Shown here in pieces: positions 18,468-28,283 of a DNA stretch of 64,000 bases. The number at the start of each line of letters is the position of its first letter. Position 1 is the stretch's first letter. Both the position numbers and the translations under genes were made by a program. The notes beneath the pieces are model-generated. The model had not been told where the DNA came from. It was given only the letters and a program-made list of their open reading frames with translations, and searched no databases. Location of the stretch: contig DASQHA010000244.1 in assembly GCA_035632335.1 (NCBI GenBank), positions 16,335-80,334 on the forward strand. Direction: 5' to 3'. The stretch comes from Terriglobales bacterium. GTDB taxonomy: Bacteria > Acidobacteriota > Terriglobia > Terriglobales > Acidobacteriaceae.

Positions 18468-21400
18468 AGTACCTGCTGGTTGGATCTTGGGGATCTAGGG
18501 AGGCTGTGCTCGTTGACGCCCACCCTTGGAGAATTGCATACACGGCCGGAAGCACCGTCAAAGTCGCGAATGTTGCCACGAGCAGGCCGCCGATGACTGC
18601 CTTTCCGAGAGGCGCTGCCTGAGCTCTTTCACCCGTGGCGATCGCCATAGGGATCATCCCGGCAGTCATGGCTGTGGCTGTCATCAGAATCGCGCGAAGG
18701 CGGCTGCGCCCTCCTTCGACGGCGGCTTCTCGCGCCGACGCGCCTCCGGTGCGGGCATGCTCGGCGAAGGAGACCAGCAAGATCGCGTTTGCTACCGAGA
18801 TGCCGATCGCCATAATCGCACCCATGAACGACTGAATGTTGAGAGTCGTCCCTGTAAGTTGCAACATGAGGAGCACTCCGCAGATAACCGCTGGCACGGT
18901 CGAAACGACTGCAATCGACAACCGAAAAGACTGGAAGTTAGCGGCGAGAAGCAGGAAAATCACGCCGACGGCCAGCAACAAACCCGTACGCAGGCCCGAG
19001 AAGGTCTCCTGAAACGCAGGAATCTGCCCACGGTTGATAACGACTACTCCACGCGGGGGAGTTCCAGCCCGCTTGATGGCGGCTTGAACCTCCTCGGAAA
19101 CCTGCCCCAGCGCTTTGCCGTGGATGTTGGCGGTTAAGCTGACCAGCCGCTGCATGTTGTAACGGTCCACTTCCCCCGGTACGGTCCCAAATTCGACCTT
19201 GGCCAGATCGCTGACCAGAGGCCGGGAGATTCCGCTGCGAAGCGATTCCTCCGTCATGAGAGGCAGTTCTTCCACATCCCTGAGTGAGGTCATTTTGGAT
19301 TGTGGAACTTCCACCTGAATCTGGAATCCGTTGCCGCTGCGTGGATCGCGCCAAAAGTTCAGGTTGGTGTACCGGCTGGAAGAGGTAGCGGCTACCATCG
19401 ACCTTCCCACGTCTGCCATTGCGATTCCGAATTGTCCGGCGCGATCCCGGTCGATGGTGACTTCGAGGCTCGGGTAGTCCAAGGGTTGGGCATACTGGAG
19501 GTCCCGAAGAGAGGGAAGCTTTGCTAGCTCGACGCGGATCTTCTCGGCAAATCCCCGGTCATCCGCAAGGCTCGGACTCTGGACAGCGACCTCAATCGGT
19601 GTTGCGGACCCAAAACTCAATACCTGGCTGATGATGTCACCCGGCTCAAAAGAAAAGGTGACCCCTGGCAGGGCCTCTGCCAGCTTTTGGCGCAATTGTT
19701 CCTTCGTCGCCTCGCTTATAGAAGGCGCACTGGGCTTCAAAGCCACTCCTATCACAGCTTCATGCTGCCCACTGGTGAACAAGTAAATGGTGTTGATCGG
19801 ATAGTTGGATGACGGCGTGCCAACGAAGGCCGCGGTAATGTCCACGTTCTCCGGCCCAACGTACTGTTTAATGACGTCCAACGCCTTCAGTTCGAGGACC
19901 TCGGTCCTTTCCATCCTGGTGCCGGTGGGTGCTCGCATGCGAACCTGCAACTGCCGGCTTTGACTAGCTGGGAAGATTTCGGTGCCCATCCGGGGAAGCA
20001 ATGTGTAGATAAGAAATCCCGCGGCGGCCAGGTACCCGGCTACCAGCGGCCAACGGAGCTTCAGAACGAACGTGAGGTAGCGGCCATAGAAGGAGCGCAG
20101 CTTCGCAAAGAGGCCTTCCTCTTCGCTCCGATGGCTGGTCTGCTTCATCATCCAGGTCGAGAGAACCGGCACCAAGGTGCTCGAGAGGACGTACGAGGAA
20201 AGCATCGAAAAACCGACAGCGAGAGAGAGCGGCACAAACAGTTGCCGTCCCACTCCAGTCATAAAGAAAGACGGTATGAACACAGCCAGGACGCAGAGCA
20301 TCGCGAGAAAACGGGGGATGATCGTCTTTCGGCAGGCTTCTACCACTGCTTTTGCGCGGGGGACGCCCTCGGACATGTGCGTGTGGATATTCTCAATTTC
20401 GACCGTCGCTTCATCCACCAGTACGCCAACGGCAAGTGCGAGGCCACCCAAGGTCATAATGTTGATGGTCTGACCCGAAATCCACATCCACACAACCGCC
20501 GCGAGCAATGAAACCGGGATGGTCGCGACGACGATGAGAGCGCTTCTCCAGTCTCGTAGAAAAATCAGCACCATCAAGCCCGTCAGAAGAGCTCCCAGCA
20601 GTCCTTCGTTAACCAGGTTTCGAAGAGCATTGACGACGTAGCTGGATTGGTCAAAGATCAACTCGATCTTGACGTCCTCCGGCGCGACGGCTTGCATCGC
20701 CGGAAGAGCTTGCCGGACATTCCGGATCACGTCCAGGGTGGAAGCGTCGGCCCGCTTTGTCACAGGGATGTAAACCGTCCGCTTGCCGTCTACCTGTGCA
20801 TAACCGGTGACCACGTCATTGCTGTCCGCGATTGTTCCGATGTCGCGCAGGTACACCGTGGGGCCCGATCCCAATCGTACTGGCTGATCCAGCATTTCAT
20901 TGATATTTGCGCCTAACGCGGCGTTGGTATGCGATATGCGGATCAAATCTCCAGTTCGGACGTTTCCGGATGGCAAGACAGTGGAGGCACTTCCAATGGA
21001 TGCAACTACCTCCTCCGGCGATAGCCGATACTGCCTCAACCTTTCGGGATCAACTCGCACGACGATGGTTCTCTGGTTGCCGCCAAATGGGGGCGGCGCC
21101 GACACGCCAGGGAGCGTCGCAAAGATGGGCCGAACCCGGTTCAGCGCGATATCCTGCATCTCCGCCACAGTGCGAGTTGGGCTCGAAAAAACCAGCTGAG
21201 CCACCGGGACGCTGCCCGCGTCGAACCTTGTGACAAACGGAGGGACGGCTCCAGGGGGCATGAAGGCTCGGGCACGATTTACATACCCAACCACCTCCGC
21301 CATCGCTTGGTTCATGTCCATATCCTGATGGAAGACGAGCTTCATCAGTGCAATACCCTGAATGTTCTTAGACTCGACGTGCTCGAGGCCCGTAATGTAT

Positions 21401-21615
21401 AGGAAGTGATATTCGTAGTAATAGGTGAGATAACCTTCCATTTGAGAAGGATCCATTCCGCCATAGGGCTGCGCCACGTAAATTGCGGGCGCTCCCAGTT
21501 GCGGGAAAATGTCGACCTTCATCCCGCGGATGGCCAGCCAGGAGGCAAGGGCGACCGTCAGGACGGCCACCAAAATCGTGATCGGCCGTCGCATTGCGGT
21601 GTGTACAAGCCACAT
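18454..21615 (-). CDS. RND efflux transporter, inner-membrane permease
   Basis: 1053 aa with AcrB/CzcA-type 12-TM architecture and two large periplasmic loops. Confidence 0.95.
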   Translation of the reverse strand: MWLVHTAMRRPITILVAVLTVALASWLAIRGMKVDIFPQLGAPAIYVAQPYGGMDPSQMEGYLTYYYEYHFLYITGLEHVESKNIQGIALMKLVFHQDMDMNQAMAEVVGYVNRARAFMPPGAVPPFVTRFDAGSVPVAQLVFSSPTRTVAEMQDIALNRVRPIFATLPGVSAPPPFGGNQRTIVVRVDPERLRQYRLSPEEVVASIGSASTVLPSGNVRTGDLIRISHTNAALGANINEMLDQPVRLGSGPTVYLRDIGTIADSNDVVTGYAQVDGKRTVYIPVTKRADASTLDVIRNVRQALPAMQAVAPEDVKIELIFDQSSYVVNALRNLVNEGLLGALLTGLMVLIFLRDWRSALIVVATIPVSLLAAVVWMWISGQTINIMTLGGLALAVGVLVDEATVEIENIHTHMSEGVPRAKAVVEACRKTIIPRFLAMLCVLAVFIPSFFMTGVGRQLFVPLSLAVGFSMLSSYVLSSTLVPVLSTWMMKQTSHRSEEEGLFAKLRSFYGRYLTFVLKLRWPLVAGYLAAAGFLIYTLLPRMGTEIFPASQSRQLQVRMRAPTGTRMERTEVLELKALDVIKQYVGPENVDITAAFVGTPSSNYPINTIYLFTSGQHEAVIGVALKPSAPSISEATKEQLRQKLAEALPGVTFSFEPGDIISQVLSFGSATPIEVAVQSPSLADDRGFAEKIRVELAKLPSLRDLQYAQPLDYPSLEVTIDRDRAGQFGIAMADVGRSMVAATSSSRYTNLNFWRDPRSGNGFQIQVEVPQSKMTSLRDVEELPLMTEESLRSGISRPLVSDLAKVEFGTVPGEVDRYNMQRLVSLTANIHGKALGQVSEEVQAAIKRAGTPPRGVVVINRGQIPAFQETFSGLRTGLLLAVGVIFLLLAANFQSFRLSIAVVSTVPAVICGVLLMLQLTGTTLNIQSFMGAIMAIGISVANAILLVSFAEHARTGGASAREAAVEGGRSRLRAILMTATAMTAGMIPMAIATGERAQAAPLGKAVIGGLLVATFATLTVLPAVYAILQGWASTSTASLDPQDPTSRYYERT

Positions 21616-21632
21616 AGTTCAAATCCTCTCTC

Positions 21633-23006
21633 TTACTTGAGTGTCTGCTGCACAAACGGCTGCACGTCGCCGGCAGCGACGGCAGCTCGCAGCAGAGCAC
21701 GCCATACGCCTAGCTTCGCCAAAGCATCGTCGATCTCCGCTTGCGTCAAGATACGATCTGCTTCAGCGACTTCCACGATATTGCCAAGCCCGGTCCGGTA
21801 CCGGGCGGTTGCTTGCTGTTCCGTCACGCGAGCCGATTCAAGCTCTATGGGGGTGTTCTGAGACACCCGTTGCGCTCCGACCAGGGTGGCCCGCGCACTT
21901 TCCACTTGGCCGGTCACGTCTTGAAGAATCTGGTCGTAGCGAGCCACCTCGGTACGCTCGTTGTGCGTTTCTATCTGTTTGCGTACCCGGATCGAGGCGA
22001 TGTCGAAGATCGGAAACGTAACGGTCATTCCGAGACCCCAGTTCTGAATGTTCGGCCCAAGTCCGCTCACGGGGTTCCCGGTATCGCCATTGGGCTGAAT
22101 ACCGGTGCCGCGTGCGTAAATGGTTCCCTGCAGGTAGAAGCGCGGGAAATACGACCGGTCGAGAGCCTTCTCTCGCGATTTGACTTCTTCAATCGCTAGA
22201 TTCTGTGCGACTGCCACAGGGTGATTGGAGGCGGTTAAGGCCGCGATCTGTTGGTCGCTCGGCAGATTCAGAAGTGGACCCGATTCAATGTTGATGGTTT
22301 GAGGCGGGACTCCCAGCACTTGCCCTAGCGCCGCGCGGCCAACCTCGACAGCCGCCTCGGCCTGAATGAGCTGAGTCTGCGCCAGTGCAAGTTCCGCTCG
22401 AGTCCGGGAGGCGTCGGCCCCGGGACGCAATTGGTTCTTGACCAGCGTTTCAACGGTCTGATTCAGGACTGTTGCGCGATCGACACCAGCCCTCGCGGCA
22501 GTCACAGTCTGCTGGGCGGCAAGGATGGTAAGAAACGCGTCTGCGGCCGCTGCCGCGACTTGCAGCTTGGTGACATTGACTTGGGCGTTCAGTTGTTCCC
22601 GAACGGAGGTCGCGGCCTTCACGTTTGCTTGCCGCAAACCGAAGTCGAAGGGTTCCCATGTAACCGTGCCGCCGATCGCCGTCCCCCACACATTTCCGAG
22701 CCCATTGGTGCCTAGAACAGGCCCGGATATGGAAGGGAGGACCGGCTGAGGAAGAAGCATCCCGAAGACGTTGTTGTGGGTCGCACGGTTCACTTGGGCA
22801 AGGGCGTCCGCTCTGGGGAGATAGGCGGTGCGGGCCAAGTTGATTCCTTCCGCTGCAGCCGACACCTGCTCGAGGGAGCTTCGAATAGCGGGATATTTCT
22901 GGACCGCCGCATCCACGGCCTGCCCTAACGTCAGCGGGGGCGTCTGCGCCGCGGTAAAATCCATAATCAAGAACGCAGACATTACCACTCCGGTTACGAT
23001 CCTCAC
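21633..23006 (-). CDS. TolC-family outer-membrane efflux protein
   Basis: 457 aa with two OEP repeats (LTLGQAVDAAV...). GTG start at 23006 is preceded by GGAGAA. Confidence 0.9.
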   Translation of the reverse strand: MRIVTGVVMSAFLIMDFTAAQTPPLTLGQAVDAAVQKYPAIRSSLEQVSAAAEGINLARTAYLPRADALAQVNRATHNNVFGMLLPQPVLPSISGPVLGTNGLGNVWGTAIGGTVTWEPFDFGLRQANVKAATSVREQLNAQVNVTKLQVAAAAADAFLTILAAQQTVTAARAGVDRATVLNQTVETLVKNQLRPGADASRTRAELALAQTQLIQAEAAVEVGRAALGQVLGVPPQTINIESGPLLNLPSDQQIAALTASNHPVAVAQNLAIEEVKSREKALDRSYFPRFYLQGTIYARGTGIQPNGDTGNPVSGLGPNIQNWGLGMTVTFPIFDIASIRVRKQIETHNERTEVARYDQILQDVTGQVESARATLVGAQRVSQNTPIELESARVTEQQATARYRTGLGNIVEVAEADRILTQAEIDDALAKLGVWRALLRAAVAAGDVQPFVQQTLK

Positions 23007-23057
23007 GCTGTGTTTTTCTCCTCGATCATGAGCTTGACCTCTTTGTTTCTAAAACTT

Positions 23058-24263
23058 TCAATGATGTAGCACCAGGCCCACGACTGCTGCCATGAGAATC
23101 AGCGCCGGTTCAGGAACCTTCTTGAACGTGATCAATACGGTCAGAACGATGAGCGCTATCGCCACCGTGGCAAGGTCGACAAGCGCTCGCTTGGCGAGAA
23201 TTACGGCTGCCCCAGCGATGGCGCCGACTGCCGCGGCAGTCACGCCCTGAACGAATGCCTTGACCTGCCGGTTACTCGCGAACCGCCGATAATAAGGAGC
23301 GGCCAAAATGACGATGAGAAACGGAGGAGCGAAGACAGCGACGGCTGCGGCTGTCCCTCCAAGGAATCCGGCCACGAGGTAGCCAATGAACGCCGCGGTG
23401 ATGACCACTGGTCCCGGAGTGATCATGGCCACGGCCACGGCGTCCAAGAACTGCTGTTCCGTGAGCCAGTGGAACTGGCTCACGACCCCGCCGTAGAGAA
23501 ATGGCACGATGGCCAAGCCACTGCCAAACACAAACGCTCCCGCCTTCAAGAAGAAAAAAGAGAGGCTCCACAGCAGGCCCGCCGAGGCCGTCCCCTTCGC
23601 GCCGGTGATCAGAAAACCGAAGCCGCCTGCGACTGATGGGGCAACGGGCTTCGATAGGAATGTAGGTGTCGCCTTGACGAGAACAGATACCACGCCACAC
23701 AAGACGAACAGCCACACAATCTCCGAACCTGTCCATACAGTCGTGACCGCGACGCTTGCGAAAACAAGCCAGAGGAATAGATCTTTGCCCAGGGTCTTTC
23801 GAGAGAGCCGGAACGCGCTTTGGCCGATGATCGCAATCACTGCAGCGCCGATGCCGTAGAACATTCCCTGAATCCAGGAGAGCTGGCCGAAGTGCACGTA
23901 AGTGGCGGCCAGGGCCACTGCCATCAAGAACGAGGGCAGGATGAATGCCGCGCTTACGACGGCCGCGCCGAAACGCCCTGCGCGCACCCACCCCAAGTAC
24001 ATCGCCAACTGGGCTGCCAAAGGTCCAGGAGAAAGCTGTGAAAAAGCCAAACCCTCAACATAGTCCTGTCGTGAGACCCAGCCTCGCTCTTCGACCAGAT
24101 CTTTCTCCATCCGCGCAGCAAGCACGATAGGGCCGCCAAAACCGAATGTTCCCAATCGAACAAAATACTGCAGGAAGTCACGCAACGAACATGGAACGGC
24201 AGCCCTCTCCGTCGAAAGAGCAGAGCTCATCGTTGCCGTCGTTTGGTTTGCTCTGTTTTCCAT
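23058..24263 (-). CDS. chrA: chromate ion transporter (CHR family, two-domain)
   Basis: 401 aa. Motifs FGFGGPIV...LAFSQLSPGP in the first half and ITPGPVVITAAFIGY in the second half. Confidence 0.9.
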   Translation of the reverse strand: MENRANQTTATMSSALSTERAAVPCSLRDFLQYFVRLGTFGFGGPIVLAARMEKDLVEERGWVSRQDYVEGLAFSQLSPGPLAAQLAMYLGWVRAGRFGAAVVSAAFILPSFLMAVALAATYVHFGQLSWIQGMFYGIGAAVIAIIGQSAFRLSRKTLGKDLFLWLVFASVAVTTVWTGSEIVWLFVLCGVVSVLVKATPTFLSKPVAPSVAGGFGFLITGAKGTASAGLLWSLSFFFLKAGAFVFGSGLAIVPFLYGGVVSQFHWLTEQQFLDAVAVAMITPGPVVITAAFIGYLVAGFLGGTAAAVAVFAPPFLIVILAAPYYRRFASNRQVKAFVQGVTAAAVGAIAGAAVILAKRALVDLATVAIALIVLTVLITFKKVPEPALILMAAVVGLVLHH

Positions 24264-24301
24264 TCAAAGAAATTTCGGCACAGGGGTGTCCCACCGTGTG
24301 A

Positions 24302-24329
24302 ATCGGCGGAACCCAATGAGTCCGCCGAT
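24302..24329 (-). other. perfect 9-bp stem-loop in intergenic spacer
   Basis: ATCGGCGGA (24302-24310) and TCCGCCGAT (24321-24329) with a 10-nt loop, between the stop of 24343..24702 and the start of chrA. There is no U-tract, so it is more likely a processing or stability element than a terminator. Confidence 0.4.
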
Positions 24330-24342
24330 CAGCACAACGGGT

Positions 24343-24702
24343 CTACTGCACGGACTTAACGAACAGCATTTTCGTTCCGCCCTTCGTCACAAGTGTTCCT
24401 GTCACGGTGACCTGTTCGCTCATCTTGTTGAGCAGTAGATCGCGAGCGGGTTGATGATCCTGGAGCCCCGCCGTGAGATAGATGTCTCCTTTCGCGTCGA
24501 CGATGCCAATCGGGTTTCCAGCCTTGGCACACATCGTGGCGCAAGCCTTGTGGGTTGGTCCATGATCGCCGCCTTCCATGAAGCACCACATGTCGACGGC
24601 TTCGCCTTTTACAGTCACGGTCGGTCCCTTCGGTTCTGCTAGCCCAATGAGTGCGGTCAAGAGGACCATCGCCACACTCAGACCAAGAGTCTGTCGCTTC
24701 AT
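24343..24702 (-). CDS. small secreted protein with His/Cys/Met cluster (candidate metal-binding)
   Basis: Signal peptide MKRQTLGLSVAMVLLTALIGLA. The mature part contains WCFMEGGDHGPTHKACATMC. No named family recognised. Confidence 0.7.
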   Translation of the reverse strand: MKRQTLGLSVAMVLLTALIGLAEPKGPTVTVKGEAVDMWCFMEGGDHGPTHKACATMCAKAGNPIGIVDAKGDIYLTAGLQDHQPARDLLLNKMSEQVTVTGTLVTKGGTKMLFVKSVQ

Positions 24703-24765
24703 ATATAGTTCTCCTTTAGTTCTAGTTCTCGCTTTTTGAGACCCATTCGATCGATTCGCAGCGGG

Positions 24766-25743
24766 CTAATGGGATGCTTTGCCCTTGCCCAACTCGTTCA
24801 GCGCGGCTTTGAATCCAGTGGCAAGCTTCTCGGCCGGACCTGTTCCCCAGTAGTGCAGGAAATAAATGGCCGGCTGAGTGCCTGTCATGTGGTGGTGGAT
24901 CGCAACCACGTTTAGGCCGTTCGCGCGCAGTGCCTTTAGAACAGGAGTGACTTCGTTGGACAGCATGGCAACATCGCCGGCGACCTCCGCGTTCGCATCG
25001 CTGCCGTAAAACGCGGCCCAGGTGTTCAGGCCCATTCGCGAATTAATCAGAGCGCCCATTTCCTTGAGTTTCAGATCGTCTCGACCGACCGTGATCTTGT
25101 ACACTGCTCCGTTCTGCTCACCGTCGTGGCCGGCGATCTTAGCGAGTTTTGCCGTGTCCATTTGTCCGGCTGTGACGTTAGAGGCCGCGCCGGTTATCGA
25201 GCTTTGATGCTGTGCCGGGCCCTTGCCAATCAGGTCCACGGCGGGCTTGGCCATTTTCGCCAGATCGGCGGCCTTCCCGTGACCGTGCACATGCATGTAG
25301 AAGATGCGCGGGCTTTCAAAGAAAAAGTGATTGTGGACGGCCGTTACCTCGAGTCCGTTATCGAGCAGCGCGGACATGACTGGATTCACCTCGTCTTCTT
25401 GAAGCACAAGGTCGCCCATCATTACGTCCATTCCACCGTCGCCCTTGGTCATCGCCAGCCATCCTCCAAAGCCGAAGGGTGTCGGGGTTGCGATGCCATC
25501 GATGGTGACCTTCAGGTCGTTCCGAGGGATATTGAGCTTTAGGACTCCGTCTTTGAAGTCCCCTGTTTTGCCGAGGGTTTTCATCGCGGCATCGTACTCC
25601 GGCGGCATCTGCTGCGCATAGGCCGCAAACATCGTCATCGAGCCCGCCATGAGCGCCATGGCTCCCAGCCGGCGTACGGTTCGGTTCAATCGTGTATTCA
25701 TCGGTTTTACTCCTTCTTGAGTTTTGCTGTTTATGCCAATCAT
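24766..25743 (-). CDS. LppY/LpqO-like family protein (paralog of 16407..17333)
   Basis: Two repeats (GGWLAMTKGDGGMDVMMGDLVLQEDEVNPVMSALLDNGLEVTAVHNH... and NTWAAFYGSD...GDVAMLSNEVTPVLKALRANGLNVVAIHHH). ATG 25743 overlaps the kinase stop (ATGA). An alternative ATG at 25701 is preceded by AAGGAG. Confidence 0.7.
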   Translation of the reverse strand: MIGINSKTQEGVKPMNTRLNRTVRRLGAMALMAGSMTMFAAYAQQMPPEYDAAMKTLGKTGDFKDGVLKLNIPRNDLKVTIDGIATPTPFGFGGWLAMTKGDGGMDVMMGDLVLQEDEVNPVMSALLDNGLEVTAVHNHFFFESPRIFYMHVHGHGKAADLAKMAKPAVDLIGKGPAQHQSSITGAASNVTAGQMDTAKLAKIAGHDGEQNGAVYKITVGRDDLKLKEMGALINSRMGLNTWAAFYGSDANAEVAGDVAMLSNEVTPVLKALRANGLNVVAIHHHMTGTQPAIYFLHYWGTGPAEKLATGFKAALNELGKGKASH

Positions 25744-27194
25744 GACTCCACAACTTCCTTTTCGGGCATCGAGCTCGTGCCCGGTGCCCGACTGACGTCA
25801 ATGGCGGGCAACGTAATCCGGAAAGTGCTGCCCCGATCCGTCTCCGAGAAAAGCTCAATACTCCCTCCATGAGCTTCTACTGCCCAGCGCGCAATCGAGA
25901 GTCCGAGTCCCGAACCGCCAGCATCCCGCGATCGAGCTTTATCCACACGGTAAAATCGATCGAACACCTTGTCGCGATGCTCGGGCGGAATCCCCGGACC
26001 ACTGTCGATGACGTCGAGGAAGCAACGATCGCTTTGTCTCTCCACTCGCACTCTGACTGAACCGCCCACGGGTGAGTACTTGACGGCGTTGTCGATAACA
26101 TTCATCACTGCATGCCGGAGGATCAAACGGTCTGCCAGCACTACGGCGGAATCGTCTCCCTCGACAGTCAAATGCTGGGCTTTTTCGTCGGCCAGATCCT
26201 CAAGCAAAGCGGCGGCGTCTCTTGCCAAGTCCCGCAGTCGCAGTGGAGAACACTCTAGTTGAACGTGACCTGCATCCGCACGCGAGATAGTCAATAGATT
26301 CTCAACCATTGAAGTCAGCCTGTTTGCCTCCTCGAGCATGCTGCCAATGATCTCGCGGTAGTGTTGCGCATCCCCGTCCTTTTGCATACCGACCCAACCG
26401 ACGCTGCGAATTGCGGTCAGAGGTGTTCTGAGTTCGTGCGAAGCGTCTGCCGTGAATCGCCGAAGCCTCTCGAAAGACTGCTCCAGCCTGGCGAGCGTAT
26501 TATTGAAGATTCGCGCCAGGTGACCCAGTTCGTCATCAGGGTTTTCAACCGGTAGGCGCTCGTTCAGGCGCTCAGCGGTGATCTCTTCGGCTCTCGCCGC
26601 CATCGCGCCCAGGGGAGCTAAGAAGCGCTTGGCAAGCCCAAATGCAACAAACCCGGCGATGACGAGAACGATGGGGAAGGCCGCCAGAACGGCCCATGCC
26701 GATTCCCGGATATCGTTCCACAGACGTTCCTCGCTCGAAGCAAGGCGGATCAAAACAGGGTGAGATTCGACGAAATCAACACGGCTCGCCAGCCGAATTC
26801 TTGTCCCGTCCGGCAAGGCCGAGGATCGAGGTGAGTAGCCGTATGCGCCCTCGCCCGGGGTTGGCATTCCATCCAGTTGCGCGCCAGCGAGGCTATGATT
26901 GCGATACAAAAGCGCACCGTCTAACTCGCGAATTTCAAGGTAGGGTTCCGCTGTCCGGTCGGGGTCAGTGTGATCGCTAGCTTGCCCGACTTCGAGCTTC
27001 CCATCGGGACCGAAGCTCAGCCCTTGTTCTACGCTCTCGATCTGGTCCGCCAGCTCGCGGTCCAACTCGCGCCTCAAATTAAAAAACAAGAAGCCCGCCG
27101 CCGCCGCAATGAACAGCGCCAATATACCCCCGAGGAGCACAAGATACCAGAGCGTGAGGCGGGTTCTGACGTGCTTTGGCCGAAGGCGCATCAT
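25740..27194 (-). CDS. sensor histidine kinase, heavy-metal (CusS/CzcS)-like
   Basis: RTRLTLWY N-terminus, two TM segments plus a periplasmic loop, HAMP, H-box ADASHELRTPLTAI, and G-boxes DSGPGIPPEHRDKVFDRFYR / GGSGLGLSIA. Confidence 0.9.
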   Translation of the reverse strand: MMRLRPKHVRTRLTLWYLVLLGGILALFIAAAAGFLFFNLRRELDRELADQIESVEQGLSFGPDGKLEVGQASDHTDPDRTAEPYLEIRELDGALLYRNHSLAGAQLDGMPTPGEGAYGYSPRSSALPDGTRIRLASRVDFVESHPVLIRLASSEERLWNDIRESAWAVLAAFPIVLVIAGFVAFGLAKRFLAPLGAMAARAEEITAERLNERLPVENPDDELGHLARIFNNTLARLEQSFERLRRFTADASHELRTPLTAIRSVGWVGMQKDGDAQHYREIIGSMLEEANRLTSMVENLLTISRADAGHVQLECSPLRLRDLARDAAALLEDLADEKAQHLTVEGDDSAVVLADRLILRHAVMNVIDNAVKYSPVGGSVRVRVERQSDRCFLDVIDSGPGIPPEHRDKVFDRFYRVDKARSRDAGGSGLGLSIARWAVEAHGGSIELFSETDRGSTFRITLPAIDVSRAPGTSSMPEKEVVES

Positions 27195-27874
27195 TCAGCA
27201 CCGTCCTTGAGAACAAAGCCAACTCCTCGCACCGTGTGAAGCAGCTTGGTCTGGAACGGATCGTCCAATTTGCGCCTCAGCCTCGCAATGTTTACGTCGA
27301 TGACGTTGTCGAGCGGCGTGTGTCGAGGGCCTTCCTTCCAGACATCATGGGCGATCATTTCGCGTGAGATCACGCGCCCCTGATTCCGCACAAGGTATGC
27401 GAGCAAGTCGAACTCGCGGGCGGTCAGATCCAGCGTTTGTTGAATGCGCGTAGCCGTGCGCGTCGTCACGTCCATTTCGAGATCCGCGATCTTCATCCGG
27501 ACCGGTGCATCCAGGCGCCCCCGGCGGAGAAGCGCGCGAACGCGCGCAAGCAATTCGGGAAACTCGAACGGCTTGACGAGGTAGTCGTCCGCGCCGGTAT
27601 CCAGACCCAACACCCGATCATTAACGGAGTCCCTCGCCGTCAGCAGCAGGACTGGTAGCTGCGAGTTCGCCTTGCGAATAGCCCCCAAGATCTCGAACCC
27701 GTCCCGGCCTGGAAGCATCACGTCCAGAATCACGAGATCGAAAATCTGGGCATTGAACAGAAAAAAGCCTTCCTCGCCTGTGTGGGCCAGCGTCACCTGG
27801 TACTGTTCCGCTTCTAGTCCCTCGCGCAATGCATTGGCCACTTTTCTTTCGTCTTCGACGACCAGAATGCGCAC
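27191..27874 (-). CDS. OmpR/CusR-family response regulator
   Basis: Receiver domain (MRILVVEDE...DLVILDVMLPG...) plus winged-helix domain (LTAREFDLLAYL...TVRGVGFVL). GTG 27874 is preceded by GGAGG. Confidence 0.95.
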   Translation of the reverse strand: MRILVVEDERKVANALREGLEAEQYQVTLAHTGEEGFFLFNAQIFDLVILDVMLPGRDGFEILGAIRKANSQLPVLLLTARDSVNDRVLGLDTGADDYLVKPFEFPELLARVRALLRRGRLDAPVRMKIADLEMDVTTRTATRIQQTLDLTAREFDLLAYLVRNQGRVISREMIAHDVWKEGPRHTPLDNVIDVNIARLRRKLDDPFQTKLLHTVRGVGFVLKDGAE

Positions 27875-27914
27875 ACGCGTTCCTCCCCTTCTTTATAGCT
27901 CTGTCTGCTGTTCA

Positions 27915-27962
27915 GGGCACCTTACGTTTTCCTGACGTTTCATCTGACGCGTTTGTCAGAGA
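27915..27962 (-). promoter_or_regulatory. array of 11/12-nt phased GTCAG/GTAAG direct repeats upstream of the response-regulator gene
   Basis: Read on the minus strand: CTGACAAACGC GTCAGATGAAAC GTCAGGAAAAC GTAAGGTGCCC, followed by TATAAA and the GGAGG RBS. It is collinear with the array at 58121-58166. Confidence 0.55.
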
Positions 27963-28109
27963 CTTCTTCACCCACCAGATTAGAGTCAATGATTGCAGGG
28001 TATTGCATCCTGCCGGCAGCCGCACCATCACGGTCTCGGGAGACTCTCACAAGTTGACATGCGAGCAGCCCGCTCCTAAGCTAGCTCTATTCGTAATCGC
28101 ACGCCGACA

Positions 28110-28283
28110 ATGAAGTCTAGTAGAAATGATCCAGCCGCAGACCGGGATCTGTACTCGGGGCTGATTCGCCTTCATGTCTTGCACCATGCCGTGGAGGAAT
28201 CCATTTTCGGCCTCGGCATGATCGAAGAACTCGCTCGCCACGGTTATAAAATCAGCCCAGGAAGTTTATACCCCCTATTGCGG
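28110..28283 (+). pseudogene. PadR-family transcriptional regulator, 3'-truncated (about 58 codons left)
   Basis: LIRLHVLHHAVEESIFGLGMIEELARHGYKISPGSLYPLL is the PadR winged-helix core. Family-like sequence stops at about 28283, where the frame runs into the antisense of a beta-propeller fragment. Confidence 0.7.
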
